From IMG/VR virus record IMGVR_UViG_3300027816_000052, positions 1 through 64,000 of that record: 64,000 nucleotides of DNA; one strand, written 5' to 3'. The translations under genes and the position numbers were made by a program. The notes under the pieces are model-generated. The model ran no database searches and was not told the origin of the DNA. It saw only the letters and a list, made by a program, of their open reading frames with translations. Numbering within the stretch: the first letter of the stretch is position 1; each line of letters starts with the position of its first letter. Of this stretch, positions 16,659-25,728 are shown one piece after another.

Positions 16659-17269
16659 GTTAATAAACTTTGAGCTTCTTTTTGTAATTTAACTTTAAAG
16701 TCTTCTTTAAAGTTATCATTTTCACTTAATTCTACCGGTACTTCGGTAAATGACCAATCTAAAGCTAGTGTTGCAACTAGATTCTTATCTTTATCAAAGA
16801 TTGGAACAACAGCATGTGAATTTGTACCATGAGAACGAATAACTGATTTGGTTGCTAAATCATTAACATCATCATAGACCGAATAAAAAAATCCATTATT
16901 CTCAAGGGCTTGGTGATAATACCAAGAAAAATTACTAACTAAAATATTCTGATATTTTTGTGCTATTGGTTCAAGACCATCGGTCATTCTTTCATATGTC
17001 ATAGATGATTTTTGCATTGAGGAGTTTGTGTAAAAATTACCACCGTTATGAAATTGCGTTATTGTAATTCTATCAGCATCATAATTTCTTTTAATTTCTT
17101 TTAAAGAGAAGTGAATAATTTCGTCTTTTGCAAATTGTTCGGTTAAATCTTTTTTAGATTTTCTTTCTTTCCGCAAATCCATAATTTTTTTAAAATAACC
17201 AGCGGTTATTAATGCAACTGATATTGAAGTAAAAGCTGTTATTAATGATGTAATTATAGTCGTTCCCAT
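16649..17269 (-). CDS. Single-TM plus GAF-like domain protein, T4 gpT-type holin candidate
   Basis: N-terminal TM helix, then ADRITITQFHNG...VPIF...VATLALDW GAF-like fold. Confidence 0.55.
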   Translation of the reverse strand: MGTTIITSLITAFTSISVALITAGYFKKIMDLRKERKSKKDLTEQFAKDEIIHFSLKEIKRNYDADRITITQFHNGGNFYTNSSMQKSSMTYERMTDGLEPIAQKYQNILVSNFSWYYHQALENNGFFYSVYDDVNDLATKSVIRSHGTNSHAVVPIFDKDKNLVATLALDWSFTEVPVELSENDNFKEDFKVKLQKEAQSLLTYL

Positions 17270-17361
17270 TCACAAATCTTTTAATATAAATATATTAAAA
17301 ATGTAAATAGAAAAAAAAAATACCATCGAATGATGGTATTTATAAAACTTTTTTATTTAAT

Positions 17362-17535
17362 TTAGTTTTTTGTTGTGTCTACCGCTGTTGTGTCAACAGA
17401 AACCATTGTGGTATCAGCAACCATAGCAGAATCAACAGAAACCGCAGTAGTGTCTACAGTAGCGGTTTCTTCTGTTGTTACAGGAGTTCCGCATGATGCT
17501 AAAACTACTAAAGAACCAAGAACAATTTTTTTCAT
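17362..17535 (-). CDS. Small lipoprotein (57 aa) rich in D-(S/T)-X sequons; not in ORF track
   Basis: My translation MKKIVLGSLVVLASC-GTPVTTEETATVDTTAVSVDSAMVADTTMVSVDTTAVDTTKN; lipobox LASC. Confidence 0.85.
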   Translation of the reverse strand: MKKIVLGSLVVLASCGTPVTTEETATVDTTAVSVDSAMVADTTMVSVDTTAVDTTKN

Positions 17536-17646
17536 TTTTTGTTTTTTTATATGTTTATTTGTACAATAATTATCAAAAAAGATGAAAAAGTCAAATATTT
17601 TAAAAATTTTATTTTATTTGTGATATTTATAGTAAAATAATTCATT

Positions 17647-17979
17647 ATGAGTAAAATTGTTAAACTTAAAGAAAGAGATTTAACTGAGATAGTTAAACGT
17701 GCTTTAATCGGTAAAATGTTTATAGAAGAACAAAAAAAGGAAAAGATTGAAATACCGCAAAATTGTTTTGGCGGTCCAAAAACAGGTTTAGGTGGTTTAA
17801 TTTTATTTACAACAATGTTGCAAAAAGAAGCGGATAATGGCGATATGAATAGTGAAAAATTAATTGCTGATATGAAAACCTTTTTAAAAGGTATGAATAG
17901 AGCAAACCCCGAAATGATTGCAACGTTATTAAAAAAATATAATAAAGAAAAGTACCTGCCTTGGGTGGGTTGTTTTTAA
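17647..17979 (+). CDS. Hypothetical protein with KIVKLKERDL leader
   Basis: 110 aa; ATATTTAT upstream. Confidence 0.7.
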   Translation: MSKIVKLKERDLTEIVKRALIGKMFIEEQKKEKIEIPQNCFGGPKTGLGGLILFTTMLQKEADNGDMNSEKLIADMKTFLKGMNRANPEMIATLLKKYNKEKYLPWVGCF

Positions 17980-18015
17980 TATTCTAATCCCGTCGAATTC
18001 GAGGGGTTTAAAAGC

Positions 18016-18043
18016 AAAAAGGGTTCACAAAGGAACCCTTTTT
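18016..18043. terminator. Bidirectional intrinsic terminator
   Basis: AAAAA-GGGTTC-N6-GAACCC-TTTTT between a convergent gene and the tmRNA. Confidence 0.8.
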
Positions 18044-18046
18044 AAT

Positions 18047-18421
18047 TGGTGGAGATGGAGGGTTTCGAAACCCTCGTCTTCCGCTGTCAACCTAAAGAGA
18101 CTACACGCTTAGAACAACATTAGTTCTTAATGTTTCGAAATATCAAGTTTCACTATATACCAACTTGCAAAGGTTTTCTTTGGTTAATTTTAAGTATCAA
18201 CCACACTTTTTTTGGAATTTCTGTTGCTAGGTAAATTCCCAAATTACCCCTTGTAGGTGTTAGCCTTAGGCTACAGCTACTTCTTCAGTCTTGATGAGAC
18301 CCAAAACTGACATCTTGTCTAAAACGTTGCCGTTTACTTGTTTGAACCATTTTAACAAGGTTGATTCACCCTTGACGTGCCTATTTAACCTAATCATCGG
18401 AATCAAATCCAACTCATCCCC
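18047..18421 (-). ncRNA. ssrA: tmRNA, tag (A)GNVLDKMSVLGLIKTEEVAVA
   Basis: 5' GGGGATGAGTTGGATTTGATTCCG; 3' CGGAAGACGAGGG-TTTCGAAA-CCCTCCATCTCCACCA; G3:U70; tag frame 18331..18269 ending TAA. Confidence 0.93.
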
Positions 18422-18442
18422 ATATATTTTCAAAGAACAATG

Positions 18443-18472
18443 CAAAGATAAGAACAAATTTTAAACTGACAA
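18443..18472 (-). promoter_or_regulatory. Bacteroidota-type promoter for tmRNA
   Basis: TTG-N19-TATCTTTG on the minus strand. Confidence 0.75.
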
Positions 18473-18494
18473 GTACCAACCTAAAAATAAATAT

Positions 18495-18525
18495 TTGCAT
18501 AATAACAAAAGACTTTGTATATTTG
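18495..18525 (+). promoter_or_regulatory. Bacteroidota-type promoter for the peptidase
   Basis: TTG-N20-TATATTTG. Confidence 0.75.
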
Positions 18526-18546
18526 TGGTATAAAATATAAAAAAAA

Positions 18547-19368
18547 ATGAATAATTTTGAATTTTTAAAGGAAGTACTATCGGTACCAAGTTCTTCATAT
18601 AAAGAACATTTAATGATTGAGTTTTTGGAAAAATGGTTGACTGAAAATAATATCCCCCATTATACGGATGATTTTGGAAATGTATATGCAACAAAAAAAA
18701 CGAACTTAAAGGAAGGTGAGTTTTTTCCTTGCGTAGTGTCACACACCGATACCGTACATGATATTAGTAATATTAATATTTTAGAAAAGCAACTTCCGGA
18801 TTCAGATAATATTATTAAATTAGCTCTAACGTCTGTAAATGATGATGGAATACCTAACGGTATTGGTGGTGATGATAAATGTGGTGTTTATATTTGTCTT
18901 AGACTTTTAAAAGATTTACCGAATGTAAAAGCGGCGTTTTTTGTTAGTGAAGAAATTGGTTGTAGGGGTTCATTAAATGCTGACCCAAATTTCTTTAAAG
19001 ATGTTGGTTATGCGATTCAGTTTGATGCACCAGAAAACTGGATGGTTACATATACGTGTATGGGCGTGGAATTATTTGATATGAAATCAGAATTTTTTGA
19101 TAAATGTCATAATGTTCTTACCGAAAACTTTAACCATAAAAAAGATTATCTTAAACATCCATATACAGATGTTTACGCATTAAGAAAGAAATTTGACTTT
19201 GCTTGCATTAATATTTCATGTGGATATTACAATTATCACAGACCAAATGAATATGTTGTAGTTGATGATGTTGAGAACGCATATGATGTTGGAGTAAAGA
19301 TGATTAGTGATTTGGGATGTTGTAGTTATATTTTTAATAAATCAAAAAAAACAAAATTTATGTTATAA
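18547..19368 (+). CDS. Zinc metallopeptidase (M28/M20/M42 clan)
   Basis: SHTDTV, GIGGDDKCG, SEEIGCRGS, QFD and YH metal-ligand motifs. Confidence 0.85.
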   Translation: MNNFEFLKEVLSVPSSSYKEHLMIEFLEKWLTENNIPHYTDDFGNVYATKKTNLKEGEFFPCVVSHTDTVHDISNINILEKQLPDSDNIIKLALTSVNDDGIPNGIGGDDKCGVYICLRLLKDLPNVKAAFFVSEEIGCRGSLNADPNFFKDVGYAIQFDAPENWMVTYTCMGVELFDMKSEFFDKCHNVLTENFNHKKDYLKHPYTDVYALRKKFDFACINISCGYYNYHRPNEYVVVDDVENAYDVGVKMISDLGCCSYIFNKSKKTKFML

Positions 19369-19369
19369 A

Positions 19370-19398
19370 GAAAAGGGGGAAACTTATTTCCCCTTTTC
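19370..19398. terminator. Bidirectional intrinsic terminator
   Basis: GAAAAGGGG(G)A...TCCCCTTTTC between convergent genes. Confidence 0.75.
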
Positions 19399-21570
19399 AA
19401 TTTTAACCTTATCTTTTACGAATTTTAATTTATACTTTTTCATCTCAATCATCTCACCCTTTAGAATTTCCTCGGATATAAAATCTTCCACATATTCTTG
19501 TATTGCTCGTTTTAATGGTCTTGCACCAAACTGAGGGTCAAATCCAACTTTAGCGATGTGCTCGACCAATGAATTATCATATTTGATAAAATATTTTAAT
19601 TTATTTAATCTTTCTACCAATCTATCCAATTCAATCTTAACAATTTCCTTGACATCATCTTCTTTTAATGTATTAAAGACAACAACCTCATCAATTCTAT
19701 TTAAGAATTCTGGAGCAAAGAAATTCTTCATTTCTTTTTGAATTATATCTCGTTTAGCTTCTTCATTAGCAAATGAGTTTTTACCGAAGCCAATTCCAGA
19801 ACCAAAATCTTGTATTTTTTTAACACCAAGATTTGATGTTAAAATAATTAATGAGTTTCTAAAGTTTATTTTTCTACCTAAACTATCAGTTATAAAACCT
19901 TCGTCTAAAACCCTCAATAAGATTGAGAATATTTCTTTATTTGCTTTTTCAACCTCATCAAATAAAATAACCGAATATGGTTTGTTTTTTACTTGTTCGG
20001 TTAATTGACCACCTTTATCATAACCAACATAACCGGGGGGAGCACCAACCAATCTAGATACGCTATGTTTTTCTTGATATTCTGACATATCAATTCTAAT
20101 TAAGTTATCTTCGCTACCAAAGATTTCTTTCGCCATCTGTTTAGCTAAATGAGTTTTACCAACACCACTATTACCAAGCAATATGAACGCACCAATCGGT
20201 CTATTTGGGTCTCTAATACCTAATCTATTTCTGCGAATAGCTTTCGCCATTTTTGTAATTGCTTCTTGTTGACCAACAACTTTTTCACCCACATTCTTTT
20301 CCAAATTCAATAAATTCTTTGTATCGTCAGTGTTTAATTTGTTAATTGGTATTTTTGTCATTGTTGATACAACATCATAAACCAATTCAGTTGTAACTTC
20401 TTTTCTTTTGGTTAAAAGAGTTTCTTCAAATTTCTTTTTTTCTTCATTAAGTTTATCGACAATCTTTTTTTCTTTATCCCTTAATTCCGCAGCTTTCTCA
20501 TAATCCTGTTGTTTTACAACGATTAATTTTTCTTCCTTAATTTTATGTGCTTCATCTTTAAGGTGGTTAATAATTTCCGGTAATTCAATATCTACTTGAC
20601 TTCTAGCACCAACTTCATCAATAATGTCAAATGCTTTATCGGGAAATTCTCTGTCAGTTATATATCTATCAGCAAGGTTTACACATAAATCTAAAACCTC
20701 ATCATTGTAACTTACTCGATGATAAAATTCATATTTATCTTTAACGTTTTTTAAAATTTCTAATGTTTCTTCTTTTGAGGGTGAATCAACAACAACTTTT
20801 TGAAATCTTCGTTCTAATGCACCATCTTTTTCAAAATTTTCACGATATTCATCTAGCGTTGTTGCACCGATACATTGAATTTCTCCTCTTGCTAATGCTG
20901 GTTTAAAGATGTTTGACGCATCTAATGACCCAGATGAATTACCAGCACCAACTAATGTATGAATTTCATCAATAAAGACAATTATATCGGGGTTATTTTG
21001 TAATTCTTCAAGAATAACTTTAAGACGTTCTTCAAATTGACCTCTATATTTTGTCCCAGCAACAATAGATGTTAAATCAAGTAGTACAATTCTTTTATTT
21101 TCAAGGTTTCTTGGACATTCACCTAGATAAATTTTCATAGCAAGACCTTCAACTATGGCAGTTTTACCACAATTATGTGAAGATATGCCATTTGTTAAAT
21201 ATTTTCTTTCCTCATCTAATACTTCTAAATCAAAAGTATCGTGAACCCCAATATATTCTTTTTCAATAACATCATGTAATTGATTATCGTCATACCAAAC
21301 TAAATCTCCAATATTAATATTCTTTAATGATAACCAATATGTGTTATTCTGTTCTTCAACTAAATTATTTGCACAATCAAAAGATGTCTCAACTAAATGG
21401 GATTCTGAACCAGAAAGCTCAACGTTATTTGATAATGTTATTTTATAACACTCTTTTTTTGTTTTTTTAAACAAATTACCAATTAATTTGTAACCAGATG
21501 GGGTCTTTACTTTATAAGTTCCCCCGTTTTTTTCAACATCGTTAAAAAAATCTTCAATTTTTATTTTCAT
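19384..21570 (-). CDS. clpC: IntC (133 aa) fused to the C-extein of a ClpC-like AAA+ unfoldase
   Basis: ...SESHLV...TFDLEV...YLTNGISSHN|CGKTAIVEGLA; IVFIDEIH, ALERRF, UVR coil, GNSGVGKT, ILFDEVEKA, FGARPLKR. Confidence 0.92.
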   Translation of the reverse strand: MKIKIEDFFNDVEKNGGTYKVKTPSGYKLIGNLFKKTKKECYKITLSNNVELSGSESHLVETSFDCANNLVEEQNNTYWLSLKNINIGDLVWYDDNQLHDVIEKEYIGVHDTFDLEVLDEERKYLTNGISSHNCGKTAIVEGLAMKIYLGECPRNLENKRIVLLDLTSIVAGTKYRGQFEERLKVILEELQNNPDIIVFIDEIHTLVGAGNSSGSLDASNIFKPALARGEIQCIGATTLDEYRENFEKDGALERRFQKVVVDSPSKEETLEILKNVKDKYEFYHRVSYNDEVLDLCVNLADRYITDREFPDKAFDIIDEVGARSQVDIELPEIINHLKDEAHKIKEEKLIVVKQQDYEKAAELRDKEKKIVDKLNEEKKKFEETLLTKRKEVTTELVYDVVSTMTKIPINKLNTDDTKNLLNLEKNVGEKVVGQQEAITKMAKAIRRNRLGIRDPNRPIGAFILLGNSGVGKTHLAKQMAKEIFGSEDNLIRIDMSEYQEKHSVSRLVGAPPGYVGYDKGGQLTEQVKNKPYSVILFDEVEKANKEIFSILLRVLDEGFITDSLGRKINFRNSLIILTSNLGVKKIQDFGSGIGFGKNSFANEEAKRDIIQKEMKNFFAPEFLNRIDEVVVFNTLKEDDVKEIVKIELDRLVERLNKLKYFIKYDNSLVEHIAKVGFDPQFGARPLKRAIQEYVEDFISEEILKGEMIEMKKYKLKFVKDKVKIEKGK

Positions 21571-21576
21571 TTTAAA

Positions 21577-21870
21577 TTATAATATTTCAATATTATGCGT
21601 ATTAACATCAGAAATTTTTTCAACCTCTATGTACGTATCACCAAGTACACACCCCGGTTCACCAATTATAATTGGATTATTTTTCTTTCTTCTAGATAAG
21701 ATTTGAGCAATTCTGTTAATTTCATTTTCTCTACCAATAACAGGGTCAAGTTTTCCTTGTTCTGCCATTTTTATCAAATCTTTACTAAAATTATCTAAAA
21801 CCGGTGTTGAACCATCTTTTGTTTTTTCGGAACCAGATTTTTGGTTGCTATTTTCTTCAAATTCTATCAT
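21577..21870 (-). CDS. clpC: N-extein (73 aa) of the ClpC-like ATPase fused to IntN (24 aa)
   Basis: [33 protein letters not shown]|[10 protein letters not shown]...EIL-stop. Confidence 0.9.
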   Translation of the reverse strand: MIEFEENSNQKSGSEKTKDGSTPVLDNFSKDLIKMAEQGKLDPVIGRENEINRIAQILSRRKKNNPIIIGEPGCVLGDTYIEVEKISDVNTHNIEIL

Positions 21871-21986
21871 GATTTTATTTTAAAAATAAAATGTGGTTAT
21901 TTAAAATAAATAGTTCAGAAAAAACTAAAAAGTTTTCATCTCTATTGAAAAAATTTGTTATATTTGCAGAATAAAACAAAACAACC

Positions 21987-22547
21987 ATGAAAAAGTTAAT
22001 CATTATTCTAAGTTTATTTCCGAGTATTGTTTGTTCTCAAACAAGATTGGATACGCTCATTTTAAATGAGGTGAATAAATATCGAGCGGAAAATGGTTTA
22101 AATCTTTTAACGTTCACTGCGCAAGGTCAATGTGTTGCTGAAAACCAAAAAGACTATATGTTGCTAACTGGTTGTGTTAATCATGAACAAATTGAGGATG
22201 TTGATGATTTTGATGTTGAACCAGATTTTGCAAAAAGAAATTTTAAGTGTGGAATTGATACATTGGATACCAAAACAGTTTACATGGAAGTTCTTGTTGC
22301 TGTGTTGGACACAACAAATGCTTCATTAGAGGATATTGCAATTAAAGCTGTAAATGGTTGGAAAAGTTCAGAGGGACATAACTTCGCAATCTTATTACCA
22401 ATGATTAACTATGTTGGTGTTTCTAGCGGTACTAACCATAAACTAGTTGAATACTACGAAGACCTTTACACGGGTGAACTTACTATGGTTGTTACAGAAC
22501 AAAAATATTGGTTTGTATCTTTAAATGCTTATAATATTTATTATTAA
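21987..22547 (+). CDS. Secreted CAP (SCP/Tpx-1) domain protein
   Basis: Signal peptide; LNEVNKYRAENGL...H...AVNGWKSSEGHNFAIL...VGV. Confidence 0.8.
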   Translation: MKKLIIILSLFPSIVCSQTRLDTLILNEVNKYRAENGLNLLTFTAQGQCVAENQKDYMLLTGCVNHEQIEDVDDFDVEPDFAKRNFKCGIDTLDTKTVYMEVLVAVLDTTNASLEDIAIKAVNGWKSSEGHNFAILLPMINYVGVSSGTNHKLVEYYEDLYTGELTMVVTEQKYWFVSLNAYNIYY

Positions 22548-22564
22548 GAAAATATCATAAAAAC

Positions 22565-22595
22565 TTGCACAAGGATTTTTTTATATGTATCTTTG
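22565..22595 (+). promoter_or_regulatory. Bacteroidota-type promoter
   Basis: TTG-N20-TATCTTTG. Confidence 0.75.
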
Positions 22596-22631
22596 TGATG
22601 TTCTTAAATTAATAATTAAAAACAAAACAAA

Positions 22632-22907
22632 ATGAAAAAAACATTTTTTTCCGTGTCAGTAATTATTGGTCTTATGACATCGTGTAATAATCAGAATAAT
22701 CGGCAAGAAATCCAACAAACTGAACCGATTGTTGGGGTAAAGGAAATTAGAGCCGATACTTCATTTACTATTAATGAAGAAACTGGTGAACCAATGATGG
22801 TAATTGAGGAAAAAGTCGTAATTGTAAAGCGAGATACTTTCCATAGTATGGACGAAAAAACCGGATTTTTTAATATGGTTGTTGTTGAAACAATAATTTC
22901 TGAATAA
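22632..22907 (+). CDS. Lipoprotein, hypothetical
   Basis: MKK plus hydrophobic stretch plus MTSC lipobox. Confidence 0.75.
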   Translation: MKKTFFSVSVIIGLMTSCNNQNNRQEIQQTEPIVGVKEIRADTSFTINEETGEPMMVIEEKVVIVKRDTFHSMDEKTGFFNMVVVETIISE

Positions 22908-23468
22908 TTACTTTCTCTGATAAATGGGTTTTATGGTACCCGGTGTAGGTTCTATTGGTTTAGTATGTGTGGCTTTAACTTTTGATTCCTTAAAACTAAA
23001 AACTTTTAACATGTAATCTAAATACGCATCAACCGTATTTGTACCTAAGTTACCATCAACAAAATCTCTTTCTTGACCAGAACTATCTTTAAATTTTAAA
23101 GGTAAACCAGCAAGTTTCACTAAATCAGACTGAAGCGATTTAATTGCTTCTACGGAAACTCCCGATTTTTTTGCCATTTCAGTTAATTGATTCATATTAT
23201 ATTTCCTCAATTCAACTTTTGCTTTTTTTATTTCATTTTCTCTTTCCAATCGTCTTTCATCTGGCGATAAAGATGAAAATGGTACAGAAGAATATTTTCC
23301 TATTTTAAATAATTTATTAATAAACTCAATAGCAGGTGAACTTTCCTGACTCATAGATAGGGATATACTTTTCTGTTGTTCATCCAAATATTGTTGGTAA
23401 ATAGCTGTTTTGTGCATTTCCAATATTCTGGATTTTTCATTTTGGTCTATTGTGAATATTTTTTTCAT
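22908..23468 (-). CDS. Putative virion protein with PG-binding-like motif
   Basis: IKSLQSDL...DGNLGTNTVDA; leader KSRILEMHK; ATATTTAT upstream. Confidence 0.55.
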   Translation of the reverse strand: MKKIFTIDQNEKSRILEMHKTAIYQQYLDEQQKSISLSMSQESSPAIEFINKLFKIGKYSSVPFSSLSPDERRLERENEIKKAKVELRKYNMNQLTEMAKKSGVSVEAIKSLQSDLVKLAGLPLKFKDSSGQERDFVDGNLGTNTVDAYLDYMLKVFSFKESKVKATHTKPIEPTPGTIKPIYQRK

Positions 23469-23565
23469 TTTCCCTTTTTATATAAATATTTGTATTATAC
23501 AAAAACAACAATCCCCCACCATTTAATTTTGATAGGGGATTATTTATGTTGTGTATGTCGGAATT

Positions 23566-25728
23566 TTAAGAACCCATTAAGTTTTGTTTCAATTGTCCTG
23601 TTACGTCAGAGAACTTAGAACTAACTTTTGATAATTGGGGACAAACAAAACTCAATAATTTATCTTCAACTACCTTAACTAATTCAGATTTATCTCTAAA
23701 TAAGAGGTCAGAAATTGAGTTTCTAATGAGATCTTCAATGTAGTTTGTTTCACCAGTTTTACTCATTTTCTTTCTAAAAACTGTGTTTACAATTGTTTCA
23801 GCAATCCATTTAACTAATGTATTACAATCACCAGATAGTATTTTACCAATATTATCTAAATCGAAGCTAGCAAATCCGGTAATTAATAGATTTGATAAAT
23901 AACTATCTTTTGGTACATTTAATTTCTCTAATATCCAAGCCATTAATCTTTCTTGTAAAGTATCCGCAAAACCACCAAAACCTAATTTACCTAAGAAATT
24001 AAACCAGTTTTCTTGAATTAAATTTTCATTAAATCCTTGTTCCTTTAAGAAATTAGCTTCACTAATTAAAGATTCAAATAATTGATTGTAATCTGATTGA
24101 GTTTTTAAACCATTAGATGCTTCAACCAAAACGTATAATCTGTTTTTGATTATTTTGTTTTCTTTAATAAGTCTTTGTTTCTTCGTTTTTTCAACTATTA
24201 AGTTTTCTTTAATCATATTTTTTAAATTTTTCGTTGATTCCATTTTTAATTTTCTACCTTCTTTTCCGAGTTTTTTACATGATTCGGTTACATCGGCAAA
24301 AGGTATTCTATATTCACCAGCACTTGCTGATCTTAGGTCAACAATTATTCTATCAGCACTTTTTTCTTGTGGTGTTCTAAACATTCTCTTGAAACGTGTC
24401 TCATCTTTATTAATCAACTTACATTGATTATTGCAAGCCATAAGAAACTTTTTAGTTCGTTCTGTTGAACTTTGGTCGATTGGTTTTTTACCTAAGAAAT
24501 TTTTATACCATTGAAATAATGCTGTTAAACATTTTTCATCATTAATGTCTTCTATTTTTGTACTTATAGTAGAAGTGTCTATACCAGATTTAACGCTGGG
24601 CCAAATATACACAAGAATGCTTTCAGAAGTATTCCCTTGGGGGAATGATTGTATTAATTCTTTTAATGGAATTTGTTTGAAGCTACTTCTTTGTGATGTG
24701 GGATCATTTAATTGGTCTATTGAATTATCCTTACCTATTTCATCAATTGGATAGTTAATGAAATTATCAGATTTGACCATAGATGTTATTGTATTTGGGT
24801 CAAGATCGGTATACTTATCTGGATAAGTTTGTTTTAAAAGTTTAAGACCTTCTTTAAAGGTATAAAAAGCGTTTGATTGATAACCATTTTTAAGGGCGCT
24901 TAAAATTCCTTTATAAATAGAATTTATTCTATTTTCATCGGGCGGATTATCAAGAATTCCGAGATTCCTAAGAAATTGATTGTTAGTCTGTGTACCAGCT
25001 TGTTGTTGTGTGGTTGTTGTTTGTGTACCTGCTTGTTGTGTACCTGTTGGTGTGGCGGCTTGTTGTTGTGTGGTTACCGCTTGTTTTTTTCTTGATGTAA
25101 TAATTTGTTCCACCATTTCTTTTTTTTCTGGTTGAGTGTTTGTTTCATCAGGTATAAAATCTGCAAGTTCATATGTTCCGCGATCAGTTTCCGCATTATT
25201 AACATATTTTCTCCAAGTATTATTTTTAAAGAAATAATAAAATCCTTGCCCAATCGGTTCGGAATCACCATCAATTAAATTCGCAGCTTTTTTATAAGCA
25301 AGTTGACCAGTTTTAGCTTTTATTAATGAACCACCACTAAATGTACCATTTTTTATATTTTCTTCAAACCATTTTTGTTCTTCGGATTTTTCTTCCGTTT
25401 TTGTTTTTTCGGGTTCGGGGGTACTAAGTTTAGTTCCAGATTTTTTATATTCTTCACCATAAGAATTCCAAGCTGCGGTTGTTTTTGGACCAAATCTTCC
25501 ATAACCACCGGCTTTGTTTAAAACACCGTTTGGATAACCTGTTGCCCAACCCGGATGAGTTTTATCCAACCAATCTTGGAATTTTTTAACACCATCAACA
25601 TTACCTAAAAATTCAGGAATTGATGACGGTCTTGGTGTTTGAGTTGTTCCAGTTCCGGTTCCACTTGCGCGAGGTGGTTTGCCACTAGGTGTTGGCGGTT
25701 TACCTTCTTTAATTATTATAGGTTTCAT
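23566..25728 (-). CDS. Large putative virion protein (PG-binding-like N-terminus, TQQ repeats)
   Basis: VKKFQDWLD...GRFGPKTTAAW; TTTQQQAGTQ repeats; many LxE motifs. Confidence 0.65.
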   Translation of the reverse strand: MKPIIIKEGKPPTPSGKPPRASGTGTGTTQTPRPSSIPEFLGNVDGVKKFQDWLDKTHPGWATGYPNGVLNKAGGYGRFGPKTTAAWNSYGEEYKKSGTKLSTPEPEKTKTEEKSEEQKWFEENIKNGTFSGGSLIKAKTGQLAYKKAANLIDGDSEPIGQGFYYFFKNNTWRKYVNNAETDRGTYELADFIPDETNTQPEKKEMVEQIITSRKKQAVTTQQQAATPTGTQQAGTQTTTTQQQAGTQTNNQFLRNLGILDNPPDENRINSIYKGILSALKNGYQSNAFYTFKEGLKLLKQTYPDKYTDLDPNTITSMVKSDNFINYPIDEIGKDNSIDQLNDPTSQRSSFKQIPLKELIQSFPQGNTSESILVYIWPSVKSGIDTSTISTKIEDINDEKCLTALFQWYKNFLGKKPIDQSSTERTKKFLMACNNQCKLINKDETRFKRMFRTPQEKSADRIIVDLRSASAGEYRIPFADVTESCKKLGKEGRKLKMESTKNLKNMIKENLIVEKTKKQRLIKENKIIKNRLYVLVEASNGLKTQSDYNQLFESLISEANFLKEQGFNENLIQENWFNFLGKLGFGGFADTLQERLMAWILEKLNVPKDSYLSNLLITGFASFDLDNIGKILSGDCNTLVKWIAETIVNTVFRKKMSKTGETNYIEDLIRNSISDLLFRDKSELVKVVEDKLLSFVCPQLSKVSSKFSDVTGQLKQNLMGS

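Noticed and set aside
17375-17569. Plus-strand 64-aa ORF
   Set aside because: Antisense to the real lipoprotein gene at 17362..17535; it starts on GTG and has no supporting signals.
18266-18457. 63-aa protein-coding gene
   Set aside because: This is the tmRNA tag reading frame extended upstream through the tRNA-like domain.
21571-21579. Programmed frameshift joining the two clp ORFs
   Set aside because: The ORFs are in the same frame, so a frameshift would not join them. Only read-through, a point error or trans-splicing can.
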